64,000 nt of DNA from Octopus vulgaris (GCA_951406725.2 OX597821.1:112902001-112966000); one strand, 5' to 3'. Shown: positions 12,596 through 25,665, counted from the first letter of the stretch. Translations and numbers: made by a program. Notes: generated by a model from the letters alone, not told the origin.

Positions 12596-15081
12596 ACAAA
12601 ATAACTCCAACCAACCAGGGCAGGTAACATACTGGATCTCTGCTTCACAAATAATATGGATCTCATCCATAATGTGAAAGTGACACCGACACTACTCTCG
12701 GATCACAACATGGTAGAGCTGACCATGTACGGGCCAAAGGAAAGCATGGACATGCAGCCTACAAGAAACTCTCAGAATCTTTCCAGCTTGAACTTCCATA
12801 AGGCAAACTGGAAACAAATTGAGAAAGAGATCCTCAAACAAAAATGGCCTGAATGTCTCTCCTCGCCAGACATCGACATGAAACTTCAACAATTCATGTC
12901 TGTAATGCAAGCAATATGCTACAAATGTGTCCCAGAGAGAAAGGCCACTGTACACAAGAGCAAAATCCCCAGTGAGAGGAAAATTCTAATGAGACGGCGT
13001 ACAAAAGTTTCAAATCGCCTAAACAAACAAAGTGAAAGCAGTGAAAAGTCCCGCCGGAAAATAAAACTGTTGGAATTTGAAAAATGTCTGCAACTCTCCC
13101 ATGAAAAAGAAAGAGCAGACAAAGAAGCCTGGGCTATAGACAACATAAAATCTAACCCCAGAGCTTTCTACAGGTATGCCAAAGAAACAGCTTTGGTGCA
13201 CTGTAGGATAGGGCCACTCCTTGAAAAGGATGGCACACTCACAGGAATTCCAATGAGGGTAAGTGAAATACTAAATGAGCAATTCAGGAGTATTTTCACT
13301 CCACCCCTAGGGCATTTTCAAGTCAGCAATCCAACTGACTTCTTTACCACTGAAGATATAAAATCAGAGGCAGCGATGATTGATTACATCAATATAAAAG
13401 GAAGACGATGTAATAAAGGCTATTGATGAAATGAAAACAAACTCAGCTACTGGCCCCGATGGATTCCCAGCAATCCTCCTAAAAGTATGTAAGAGAATCC
13501 TAGCAAGACCACTGCAGTTCCTCTTTCAGAATTTCCTTGCAACTGGCAAACTTCCAAGAAAGCTGAAAGAAGGTAAAATATGCCCTATTCATAAAGGAGG
13601 TAGCAGAGCGGAGGCCAAGAACTACAGACCTATCTCTCTGACCTCACACATCAGCAAGGTCATGGAACGAATAGTCAGAAGGAAACTAATCACCTTCCTT
13701 GAAGAAAATGACTTGCTGCCTGACACCCAACATGGTTTCCGACCAGGAAGAAGCTGCTTAACTCAGCTCCTACAACACTATGACTGGGTGCTGAAACGAC
13801 TGCTCAACCACTCAAATGTGGAAGTCATATATCTCGACTTTGCAAAGGCCTTTGATAAAGTCGATCATGGAATGATATGTCACAAACTGCGTGATCTTGG
13901 CATAGTTGGAAAATTGGAAGAATGGCTTCATGACTTTCTGAAGGATAGAAGTCAGGTGGTAGTAGAAGTCAGCAAATAGTGAGCGGTGTTCCGCAAGGCA
14001 CTGTTTTGGGACCACTAGTGTTTATAATGGCCCTCTCAGACATGCCCTCAACCACGCAGAGAGCCACAATCACAAGTTATGCAGATGATACAAAAGTTTC
14101 ACAGGCAATACAGAACCCTGAAGACACTAAGCACTTGCAATGTGAGCTGGACAAAATATACAAGTGGGCTGAAAAGAATAGCATGCAGTTCAATGCTGAA
14201 AAGTTTCAAGCTTTATGCTATCAGCATGCAAAACTAAATGCAATACCCAATAAATACACTAGACCTGGAGGGATTGCAATCCCAGAGGCACAATCAGTGC
14301 GAGACCTGGGTATTTACATGAGTGATGATGCCACCTTCCATGTGCATGTTGCTAAATTGGCAATGAAATGTAGGCGGCTGACCGGATGGATTCTTAGAAC
14401 CTTTAGAACAAGAGACCAGGAAATCATGATGGTCCTCTAGAGGACACTTGTCCTAAGCCACTTTGACTATTGCTCTCAGCTATGGTCACCATCCAGTGTC
14501 AAGTTAATCACAGAACTTGAGGCGATCCAACGAAGCTACACGAAGAAGATAGCCTCTGTGCAGCATATAAGCTATTGGGAAAGACTCAAGAGATTGAGAC
14601 TATATTCCTTAGAGCGTAGGCGAGAAAGATATGCCATAATATACATCTGGAAGATCCTAGAAGGACTTGTCCCAAACTTTGGCATCGAGAGTTACACAAA
14701 TGCCAGAACTGGGCGCCACTGCAGAGTGCCAAGGACTCCAAATTTGCCATCAAGATGTAGGACGATATACTGTGATAGCCTGGGCTTCCGAGGCCCACAG
14801 CTCTTCAATATCCTCCCGAAGAACCTAAGAGACCTGCATGGGGTGGATGCAGATGTTTTTAAAATAAAACTGGATCTTTTCCTGTCAGGTTTCCCTGATG
14901 AACCAACTTCACGACAGGAGGTGCAGATGAGGGCAGCTGCATCAAACTCTCTCATGCATCAAATGGCAATTGCTAAAAAGCATTCGTGAAGTAAAATCAT
15001 GTAGCAACACCAAATTGCGGTGCCCCAGCATGGCCACAGCTTGTGAGCTGAAACTAGATAAAAATAAAAAAATAAAATAAA

Positions 15082-15082
<1 letters not shown>
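12596..15082 (+). mobile_element. 5'-truncated, disrupted CR1-group LINE (end of APE endonuclease plus reverse transcriptase)
   Basis: PTRAGNILDLCFTNN...LSDHNMV (APE end), [44 protein letters not shown]. Frameshift ~13400, indel ~13965, premature TAG at 14438-14440; A-rich tail. Confidence 0.93.
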
Positions 15083-15127
<45 letters not shown>

Positions 15128-15128
15128 T

Positions 15129-15207
<79 letters not shown>

Positions 15208-16003
15208 TTATATGTGCATTTAGGTAGGTATTAGAGAAAGGAGGGAGAGAGAAACCTGTGCATAACGTTTTTTTTCTTAATCTTCGGATATTTACAAAAT
15301 TATTCTACAATTCTCGGCAGAAGAATTCCAGTTTCAATTCCAATTGTATAATATTGGTTCCCACAAGTGTTGGGAATTCCCTCACTTCTAAATCTACTCT
15401 CCATGTTCTTCGGTAAAGCCTTGACAGAATTGAAACTCATTCTTGTAAGCTTATTTTTCATGCTTCAGTCAACGAGTGCAATCGATGCCATACCAAACGC
15501 CATAATCAATGAACCATTCTTCTAAAACTTCAGCATGCTAGAATGGTATTAGAACAGTTGAATGAGTATACTGCTTTATTATGCAAGATTTTCAAGACCC
15601 CAGAGAATTCGAGGCGGCATCTTAATCAAATCTTCATTGTATCGTCAAACACTGGATTAAATTGTTTCTTTAATGTACATCAAGTTCGTTGTGTTAACTC
15701 GCAAATCCCTTACGTTTATGCACTTACTTCACACATTCTTATTTCTTGAAGAAGGCATAGCCGTGTGGTTAAGAAGCTCCGTTTGCATCCACGCGGTTTC
15801 GGGTTCAGTCCCACTGCGCGGTACCATCGACAAGTGTCTTCTACTATAGCCCCGGGCCGACCAATGTCTTGTAAGTGGATTTGCAGACAGAAACGGCAAA
15901 GAAAAAAAAGTCTGTCCCATATATATATATGTGTGTATGGGCGTGTGTGTGTGTATGTGTGTGCATATATATGTGTATACATACATACATACACATATAC
16001 ATA

Positions 16004-16073
<70 letters not shown>

Positions 16074-17326
16074 GCAAAGTAAAATTGCAAGGTACTGCAC
16101 GAGTGAAAATATATAGGAAAGAGGATTGGAAAATGCAGAGGTCTTTTAAAGGTGTTTATTGACTTCACAGGTTTCACACGTTTTTAAAAAATGATTTTCA
16201 AAAGTAAAATGTAAGCCTTTGTGGTGTTAAAATGGTTATCAGAGATGTATTAGAATACAGTGATACAGTCTTTGACAATAAGAAAATGTTAAGAAATAGA
16301 ATCTTTGACAATGGTAAGAAAATCTTAAGACAGGTTTTGTGTTTAAACAGTTTACATAAAAATGTTTTAAAAAGTAGTAAAATAAATTCATAATTATTTA
16401 TAAGTTCATCAAAAATTCTGATTGTATATAAACATATATACAGAAAGAATTTGTAGACAGTATTTGATAGGACAAAGCATGTATTGCTTAGTCAAAACTT
16501 CATCAGAAATCATGTTTGAATATTTATACAGAATTTTAGATATACACATATATATGCATATATATGTACACACACAAATATACAAACGGTGTTCCTTTTT
16601 TTACGTCCTCGTAACTTAGTGATCCAGTAAAATAGAACCAATAGAATACGTATCACACTTGTCAAAAAGAATCGAAAAGAAAAAATTATTGGGTCCATTT
16701 GTTCGACTGAAGGTTTTTCAAGGATGGACTCCAGCATGGCCGCAGCCCAGTGACTGGAAGCAGTAAAAAAAATCAACAAGAGGTGCAATGATCGTCACAC
16801 AGGAAACTTCAAATACAAAAAAAAATACGAAGACTCAGGAGTGGCTGTGTGATAAGAAGCTTGCTTCCGAACCACAGGGTTCCGGGTTCAATCCCACTAC
16901 ATGGCTCCTTGGGCAAATGTCTTCTACAAGTGTCTTCTAATATAGCCTCAGGCAAGCCAAAGTCTCGTGAGTGGATTTGGTAAGTAGAAACTGAAAGAAA
17001 CCCGTCGTGTATGTATGTACGTGTATGTATATATATATATATATATATATAAATCAAAGGTAGGACAGAAAGAACACAACAAACGGAAACCAACAAAACA
17101 CATGCGGAAAAATAGACGATGGCACGTTAAACGACAAACAGGACAAAAACAAGATGCACGAATCATTCGGAGCCGATTTCCTCATCAATCGGAGTCCGGA
17201 CCCTCCATGCTTGTTTTCGTTCGGTTTCCTTGTATGTCTCCACTATCCTGCTTTTGTTCCAAACTTTGACCATCCATAAATCCATAATTTTATTTTGGTA
17301 CTTATAAGAGCAATTGTCTTCGGAGA

Positions 17327-17388
17327 CTCATATTGTCGTTCAATGCTCAAAATGAGGAGTAGATAGACCGCGACAACTGATGAAGGGT
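17327..17388 (+). ncRNA. Candidate non-circularly permuted hammerhead ribozyme, copy 2 (G12->A, probably inactive)
   Basis: CTCA-T-A-TTGTCG(T) / GCTC-AAAA-TGAG / (G)CGACAA-CTGATGA-A-GGGT. Same topology as 10311-10371 with different stem sequences; flanks are homologous. Confidence 0.65.
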
Positions 17389-17507
17389 CGTTCTTTGTGT
17401 TACTTGTTCTGTTTTCCATTTGTTTCTCTCGTTGTTTGCGCATTGAACTCATTTGTTCTCATATTTTATGTTGTTTACTATTGGTGACGTCCTCTACCCA
17501 TATATGC

Positions 17508-17542
<35 letters not shown>

Positions 17543-17546
<4 letters not shown>

Positions 17547-17881
17547 GGGTGCATGGCTCAGTGGTTAGAGCGTCGAGCTTACGATCTTGAGGTTGTGAGC
17601 TCGAATCCCGGACCGGGCTGCGCGTTGTGTTCTTGAGCAAGGCACTTTATTTCACGTTGCTCCAGTTCACTCACCTGTAGAAATGAGTTGCGACGTCACT
17701 GGTGCCAAGCTGTATCGACCTCTGTCTTTCCCTTGGATAACACTAGTGGCGTGGAGAGGGGAGGCTGGTATGCATGGGCGACTGCTGGTCTTCCATGAAA
17801 ACAGCCTTGCCCGGACTTGTGTCTAGGAGGGTAACTTTCTAGGTGCAATCCCATGGTCTGTGTCGTGACCGAAGGGGGTCT
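17543..17881 (+). mobile_element. tRNA-derived SINE (family D)
   Basis: A box TGGCTCAGTGG, B box GCTCGAATCCC, central TTCTTGAGCAAGGCACTT, end GACCGAAGGGGGTCT; sits within (TA)n. Confidence 0.85.
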
Positions 17882-17889
17882 CCGATATA

Positions 17890-17924
<35 letters not shown>

Positions 17925-17926
<2 letters not shown>

Positions 17927-20090
17927 ATTGATTGATTGATTGATTCTAGTTTCAGCTTATGAGCTGTGGCCATGCTGGGGCACCGCCATTTGGTGTTGCT
18001 ATTTGGTTTCACTTCATGGAGGCTTTCTAACAACTGCTATTTGGTGCATGAGAGAGTTCGATGCAGCTGCCCTCATCTGCCCCTCCTGCCGTGAAGTTGG
18101 TTCATCTGGGACACCTGACAAGAAGAGATCCAGCTTCATTTTAAAGACATCTGTATCCACCCCATGCAGGTCTCTCAGGTTCTTCGGGAGGATATTGAAG
18201 AGCTGTGGGCCTCGGAAGCCCAGGCTATCACAGAATCTTGTCCTACATCTTGATGGCAGGTTTGGAGTCCTAGGCACCACGCAGTGGCGCCCAGTTCTGG
18301 CATTTGCGTAACTCTCGATGCCAAAGTTCAGGACACTTCCCTCCAGGATCTTCCAGATGTATATTATGGCATATCTTTCTCGCCTACGCTCTAAGGAATA
18401 GAGTCTCAATCTCTTGAGTCTTTCCCAATAGCTTATATGCTGCACAGAGGCTATCTTCTTCGTGTAGCTTCGTTGGATCGCCTCAAGTTCTGTGATCAAC
18501 TTGACACTGGATGGTGACCATAGCTGAGAGCAATAGTCAAAGTGGCTTAGGACAAGTGTCTTCCAGAGGACCATCATGGTTTCTTGTTCTCTTATTCTAA
18601 AGGTTCTAAGAATCCAGCCAGCCAGCCGTCTACATTTCATTGTCAGTTTAGCAACATGTACATGAAAGGTCGCGTCATCACTCATGTGAATACCCAGGTC
18701 ACGCACTGATTGTGCCTCTGGGATTGCAATCCCTCCGGGTCCAGTGTATTCCTTGGGTATTGCATTCAGTTTTGCATGCTGATAGTATAAAGCTTGAAAC
18801 TTTCCAGCATTGAACTGCATGCTATTCTTTTCAGCCCACTTGTATATTTCGTCCAGCTCACATTGCAGGTGTTTAGTGTCCTCAGGGTTCTGTATTGCCT
18901 GTGAAACTTTTGTATCATCTGCATAACTTGTGATCGTGGCTCTCTGCGTGGCTGAGGGCATGTCTGAGAGGGCCATTATGAACAGTAGTGGTCCCAGAAC
19001 AGTGCCCTGCGGAACACCGCTCACTATTTGTGTGTTAATGGAGGTGGCCCCATTGGCTACTACCACCTGACTTCTATCCTTCAGAAAGTCATGAAGCCAT
19101 TCTCCCAGTTTTCCAACTATGTTGAGATCACGCAGTTTGTGACATATCATTCCATGATCGACTTTATCAAAGGCCTTTGCAAAGTCGAGATATATCACTT
19201 CCACATTTGAGTGGTTGAGCAGCCGTTTCAGCACCCAGTCATAGTGTTGTAGGAGCTGAGTTAAACAGCTTCTCCCTGGTCGGAAACCATGTTGGGTGTC
19301 GGGCAGCAAGTCATTCTCTTCAAGGAAGGTGATCAGCTTCCTTCTGACTATTCGTTCCATGACCTTGCTGATGTGTGAGGTCAGAGAGATAGGTCTATAG
19401 TTCTTGGCTTCCGCTCTGCTACCTCCTTTATGAATGGGGCATATTTTACCTTCCTTCAGTTTTCCTGGAAGTTTGCCAGCTGCAAGGAAGCTCTGAAAGA
19501 GGAACTGCAGTGGTCTTGCTAGGACTCTCTTACATGCTTTTAGGAGGATTGCCGGGAATCCATCGGGGCCAGTAGCTGAGTCTGTTTTCATTTCATCTAT
19601 AGCCTTGGTTACATCGTCTTCCTTTATATCGATGTAATCTATCGTCGCCGCCTCTGATTTTATATCTGCAGTGGTAAAAAAGTCAGTTGGATTGGTGATT
19701 TGGAGATGCCCAAGGGATGGAGTGAAAACACTCTTGAATTGCTCATTCAGTATTTCACTTACCCTCATTGGTTTTCCTGTAAGTGTGCCATCCTTTTCGA
19801 GGAGTGGCCCTATTCTACAGTGCACTGTAGCTGTTTCTTTGGCATACCTGTAGAAAGCTCTGGGGTTAGATTTTATGTTTTCTATAGCCCAGGCTTCTTT
19901 GTCTGCTCTTTCTTTTTCATGGGAGAGTTGCAGACATTTTTCGATTTCCAACAGTTTTATTTTTAGGCGGCACTTTTCACTGCTTTCAATCTGTTTGTTT
20001 AGGCGATTTGAAAATTTCGTACGCCGTCTCATTAAAATTTTCCTCTCTCTGGGGATTTTGTTCTTGTGTACAGTGGCCTTTCTCTCTGGG

Positions 20091-20095
<5 letters not shown>
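17925..20095 (-). mobile_element. 5'-truncated CR1-group LINE with uninterrupted RT-containing frame
   Basis: Closely similar to 12927-15058 in reverse; 3' tail ends in (CAAT)n; 5' end abuts a (TA)n tract. Confidence 0.95.
18014..20095 (-). CDS. LINE ORF2 fragment (reverse transcriptase, no endonuclease, no native start)
   Basis: Open frame from CVPERK to stop with all RT motifs ([17 protein letters not shown]). The first ~37 aa of the 730-aa ORF are microsatellite. Confidence 0.85.
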
Positions 20096-20139
<44 letters not shown>

Positions 20140-20253
20140 CATACATACATGTACATACATACTTACATACATATATATATATATATTTATATATATATAT
20201 ATACATATATATATTTATATATATGTAGATATATGTGTGTGTATTATTTATTT

Positions 20254-20286
<33 letters not shown>

Positions 20287-20829
20287 CATGTATGTATGTG
20301 TGTCTTTGTATCTGAATTTGTCATCTACCACCGCTTGACACCCGGTATTGGTATGTTTACGTCACCGTAACTTGGCGGTCTTGCAAAAGAGTACGATAGA
20401 TAAGTATCATAGGTACCAATCTTTCAAAACAAAACCAAAAAATAGATACTGGATTCGATCCGTTTGACTAAAATATTTGAAGGCGGTGCTCCAGCATGGC
20501 CGCTGTCTAATGACTGAAACAAGTTGAAAATAAAAAAATAGACAACATCGCACAGAGCGACGACTTACCAATGGTGGCTCTGAAACAACATCGAACAGAT
20601 GTCAAGCACAACCAAATTGCTTTTTGTCGAAATTCTCATGGGTGATTTGCTATCGATATACAACACAGAAGATTAAGTTTCGATCTCGCTCTACAGAACA
20701 TGTCAGAAAAGATATTAATGGAATTGGTATGGATCATTACGACAGAAAAGATTGATGGACTTTAACTTGTCCTGCTATGTTAAGTAAGAGGCAGCGACTA
20801 GTTGTACAGATAAATAGCTCTCTTTTCTC

Positions 20830-20922
<93 letters not shown>

Positions 20923-21017
20923 GTCTCTCTCTAGATATAGATATATTTGTATAGGCATGTATATATAATATATAATACTACATTTTAAATAGTAAATAAT
21001 ATATACATATGTAAATA

Positions 21018-21063
<46 letters not shown>

Positions 21064-21072
21064 TATATATGT

Positions 21073-21128
<56 letters not shown>

Positions 21129-21280
21129 TGTCCAACATTTAATTTCTGTGAATTTGCCTTGTTTTTATATCTTTCACAATAATTCATCACGTAGAATTTT
21201 TTCTTGAATCATTTTACTTTATATACATATATATGTGTGTTTATATATTTGTGTGTATGTATTATATATCATATATATTG

Positions 21281-21328
<48 letters not shown>

Positions 21329-21371
21329 TATATACACTGTATACATGTATGTATGTAAATATACATATATA

Positions 21372-21414
<43 letters not shown>

Positions 21415-21420
21415 GTTAAT

Positions 21421-22250
21421 TATATGACCGGCCATAGAGTGACCAGTGGTTTCGCGTCCATAAAGCGCTTAGCCTTATAGACAACTCATGAGACTCCACT
21501 GGCCGCGGGCATATAACCTCTTTTCAAAATGGAGATAAAAAAATGTTACGATCAGCTAATTTTGAAACAAAGCATACGTTGTCCGAGTCTTAGGCGGGAC
21601 ATGTTATTGCACTTAGATCGGATCTAGTTTGCAGATTTTTTACGGCCCTATTCCACGAACAGGGAAACCCCGCTCTTGGATTAGTTCCAGTTAGAAACTT
21701 TTTTATGGTCCTAATCAACGAACGGGTAAACCCATGCTTGCAATATGTAGCATTTAAAATGCGGGCAAGCGCTGGAGTTTAAAAGGGTGCTCGGGTCAAG
21801 CAAATCTTTTATAATCCTTGCCCGCTCCGCTATGCAAAGCTTGGATCGTCCGCTCCCGTTTATGAAGGATAAGATCCCGGTTGTTCTAGGAGCCCCCATT
21901 TAATTGCGTATGGAGTGCCTTCGTCCTTAAGGCACCACGCGTGGATTGCCGGAGACGTGACGTAACGCCTTTCCGGAATCCTAAAAGTGGGCCTATGATT
22001 TTACAGACGTTGCTTAAAGGCAGTTCGGGCCGAACCAACGCATCTCCGAATTTATGTGATGGTTGTGTCATCGCCTCTGGTGTTTCTTCTGTTGGCTCTG
22101 GGACTGAGGTTGCTGTTGGTACCGTTATTACGGAACTGATCTAAGGCTCGGACAATATATTTTTTGTTTACAAAATTAACTGACCGTAACGTTTTTCTAT
22201 CTCAATTTTAAAAACAGGTCATATGCCTGCAGCCATTAGAGTCTATATAT
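21421..22250. mobile_element. Longer relative of the 3179-3613 MITE-like element
   Basis: Shares the left end (GACCGGCCATAGAGTGACCAGTGG...CATAAAGCGCTTAGCCTTATAGACAACT) and the subterminal TTTTGTTTACAAA(A)TTAACTGACCGTAAC block; right TIR not clearly seen. Confidence 0.55.
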
Positions 22251-23759
22251 TCGTTTATATTCGGTCGGCAGTTCTACGTACTCACCTACGTTTTTCTTGC
22301 ACCTGTATTTCGTGGGTTCACTCTGGGGTCATTGAGACATTAAAACTGCCGTCTCTAATATGACCCAAAACATTTTGTAGACGGAGCCTTCATCAACATT
22401 TCAAGCTAATTAAACTTAAATATGTGTACACTATGTCTCTTTTTCTGTATTCCTATTTTCAAATTAAAACTTCTACTCTGACTAAGTATTGTGAAGGGAT
22501 GATTATTTCCCTTGTAGTAACTGTCCGCTAGGGGGCACCAGGTATTTGAAATACTCTGGCTTTGAATTTGAAATCATCCTACTAAACTGTTGACGAAAAG
22601 TCAAGGCGATATGTCTACAAAGCGAAGTCTAATCCACTTCGTAACGAGGGGTCACAACTATGAAATAACTGCTTGAAACCAATTTTGACACCTCAAAGAA
22701 TAAGCTGAAAACGGTTTGTGAATTTCGTTTGTAAAAAATGCTATGTAATGTAGTTAATAATGCTACATAATAATTACCACTAACAAGAAATTTTAAGAAC
22801 TTCACACGTAAATGTTAAAAAAATTAATATGTATTCGTTGGATGTTTTTTACTTATCCCTTAATTTCAAACCCAAACTTCTAATCCTGCCAAATGTGAAT
22901 AAATTATTATCTCCCTTGTATTAATTCTTCACTAGGCGGCATCACATATTTGAAACACTGGTCAATTTTACAACTGCTAAACGCGATGAGCTATTTCCGG
23001 TCGCGGATCCAAGAGAGAACGAGATGTATATGACCGTTGAGAGTTAACCGCGTTTGTTTTTACATACCTGGCTTCTGTTTGTTTTCCGGTTCTCTATTCG
23101 CTCCAATATAATATATATTTCGCCATAATTCAGCTATAAAATGTTTTATAATATCTTAGAACTAGATATTTATAGCATACATTCTGTTGACTAAAATAAA
23201 TTATTGTGACTGCTTCTTAAAATATTTGATAAATTTAGGCTCCAGAATAATTCACTTTATGAGTTTGCTTCACCGTTAATAACGTTATCTTTTCCCGTGG
23301 TCTATTTTATGTCATTTTATAGTTATCCACTTATATTTCATGTACATTATATTATTATTATACTTTTATACTGTATAAACTCATTGTATTTACAACATCA
23401 ACACAGAGATATTTACCTCATTCACTGCTGAAAAGCATACGTACATTATTATATTATGGTATTTATATCGTTGTAGTTATTACACTCAGCACATTAACAC
23501 GAATATATTTATTTCATTCACAATTGAGAACGGCTAAAGTAATGCTCATCTGGTGAAAACAACTTTCTAATAGTCAGCCATTGTTTCGTAAAAACCAACC
23601 ATGATCTGGCAAAAGAGGAGATTCATAAATAAAATAACAAATACAAGCCATTGATATATAATGCTTTATGGAGAAATCAATACCACATCAATCATTTTTA
23701 GTGAACCAATCAACAACAGGACACAGTGTTCGGTATTATCATTGAATTAGCATAATAAT

Positions 23760-24720
23760 AAACACAGCCTGTACTGAAAGTATTGCTACTATACAAAAAC
23801 TGTACTGCACTAATAATGTAAGTATTATACAGTATAACAATACAGCCACTCCTCAGAACCTAAAAATAAAATAGTCGTTGTACTAACAATGCAGTCACTG
23901 TACGGAAACTGTACGGTACCTAATGATTTAGTTTGTCTACTGAAATAAAAATATAGTCACCGTACAAACAATGTACTGACTGTACTAGAACTAAACTGTA
24001 CTAAGAATTTAGTAACTGTACAGAAGTAAAAATATGGTCACTCGTAAAAGTAAAATCGCTATTAAAACTGAACTATACTGAAAACTCAGTTATTGTACTA
24101 ACAATATAGTAACTATGCTAAACCGTTCTGCACTAAAAATGTATTTATTGTACTGAAACAGTACTGTACTAACAATTTAGTTACTTTACTGAAGTAAAGA
24201 TACAGTTACTGTACCAATAATAAAAATGGTACAATACTGAAAATATAGTCACTTTGCAAAAAAAAATAGCTGTTGCGTACAGAGATTGTACTGTACTAAA
24301 AATGAGGTCCCTGTATTAGCAATACAATTACTGTACTGTACTAACAATGAAGCCCCTGTACTAAAACTGTATTGTACTTACTGTAGTAACAATGCCGTTA
24401 TTTTACAAAACAGTGTAACTACTCTACTGAAATTAACTATACGAACAATGTAGTCACTTTATAGTACTACAAATGCAGTAACTGTAGAGTAGTACAATAA
24501 GCTGTCCTGTGGTGACAACGCAGTGACTGTACTGGAAATCTTGAAGTACTAAACTTACTGAATATGTAGTCACACACAGCACTAACAACAGCTCAACACT
24601 AGTGCACTATTGACATATTACACTGTACCGACACTGCAATGGTACTGCATTGACACTGCACTGATACCCTAGGTACACTCTACAGACTCTGCAATGACAG
24701 CTACACACACACCCCTAGTA
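23760..24720. repeat. Degenerate minisatellite rich in ACTGTACT motifs
   Basis: Many imperfect ACTGTACT(AA)/CAGT units. Confidence 0.7.
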
Positions 24721-24767
24721 CACATTTTTGTTGATTCTATCTGGTTTATAGGTGTATGTAAATAAAA

Positions 24768-25665
24768 GGCGGCGAGCTGGCAGAAACGTTAGCACGCTGG
24801 GCGAAATCCTAAGCGCTATTTCATCTACCTTTACGTTCTGCGTTCAAATTCCGTTGAGGTTGACTTTGCCTTTCATCCCCTTTCTGGGTTGATAAATTAA
24901 GTACCAGTTGTGTACTGCGATCGATCTAATTGACTGGCTTTCTCCCCCAAAATTTCGGGCCTAGAGTAGAAAAGAATATTTCACATTGCTTAAGGCAGCA
25001 GCTGGCAGAAACGTTAGCACGCCAGGCGAAAGGCTTAGCAGGTATTTCGGCTTCTGTTACGTACTGAGTTCAAATTCCGCTGAGGTCGACTTTGCCTTTC
25101 ATCCTTTCAGGGTCGATTAAATAAGTACCAGTTACGCACTAGAGTCGATATAATCGACTTAATCCGTTTGTCTGTCCTTGTTTGTCCCCTCTGTGTTTAG
25201 CCTCTTGTGGGTAGTAAAGAAATAGGTATTTCGTCTGTCTTTAAATTCTGAGTTCAAATTCCGCCGAGGTCGACTTTGCCTTTTATCCTTTCGGGGTCGA
25301 TTAAATAAGTACCAGTTACGCACTGGGGTCGATATAATCGACATAATCCTTTTGTCTGTCCTTGTTTGTCCTCTCTGTGTTTAGCTCCTTGTGGATAGTA
25401 AAGAAATGGGTATTTCGTCTGTCTTTACATTCTGAGTTCAAATTCCGCCGAGGTCAACTTTGCCTTTCATCCTTTTGGGGTCAATAAATTAAGTACCAGT
25501 TACGCACTGGGGTCGATGTAATCGACTTAATCCGTTTGTCTGTCTTTGTTTGTCCTCTCTGTGTTTAGCTCCTTGTGGATAGTAAAGAAATGGGTATTTC
25601 GTCTGTCTCTATGTTCTGAGTTCAAATTCCACCGAGATCGTCTTTGACTTTTCGTCCTTTCGGTA
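24768..25665 (+). mobile_element. Family A SINE monomer followed by a head plus ~3.5 tandem 184-bp body units
   Basis: GGTATTTCG recurs at 25041, 25225, 25409, 25593. Confidence 0.9.

Noticed and set aside
14894-14905. CTGATGA in the LINE
   Set aside because: Encodes the conserved PDEP peptide; no supporting stems.
16485-16515. Minus-strand CTGATGA-AGT-tttg-ACT
   Set aside because: No GAAA strand or stem I/III partners found nearby.
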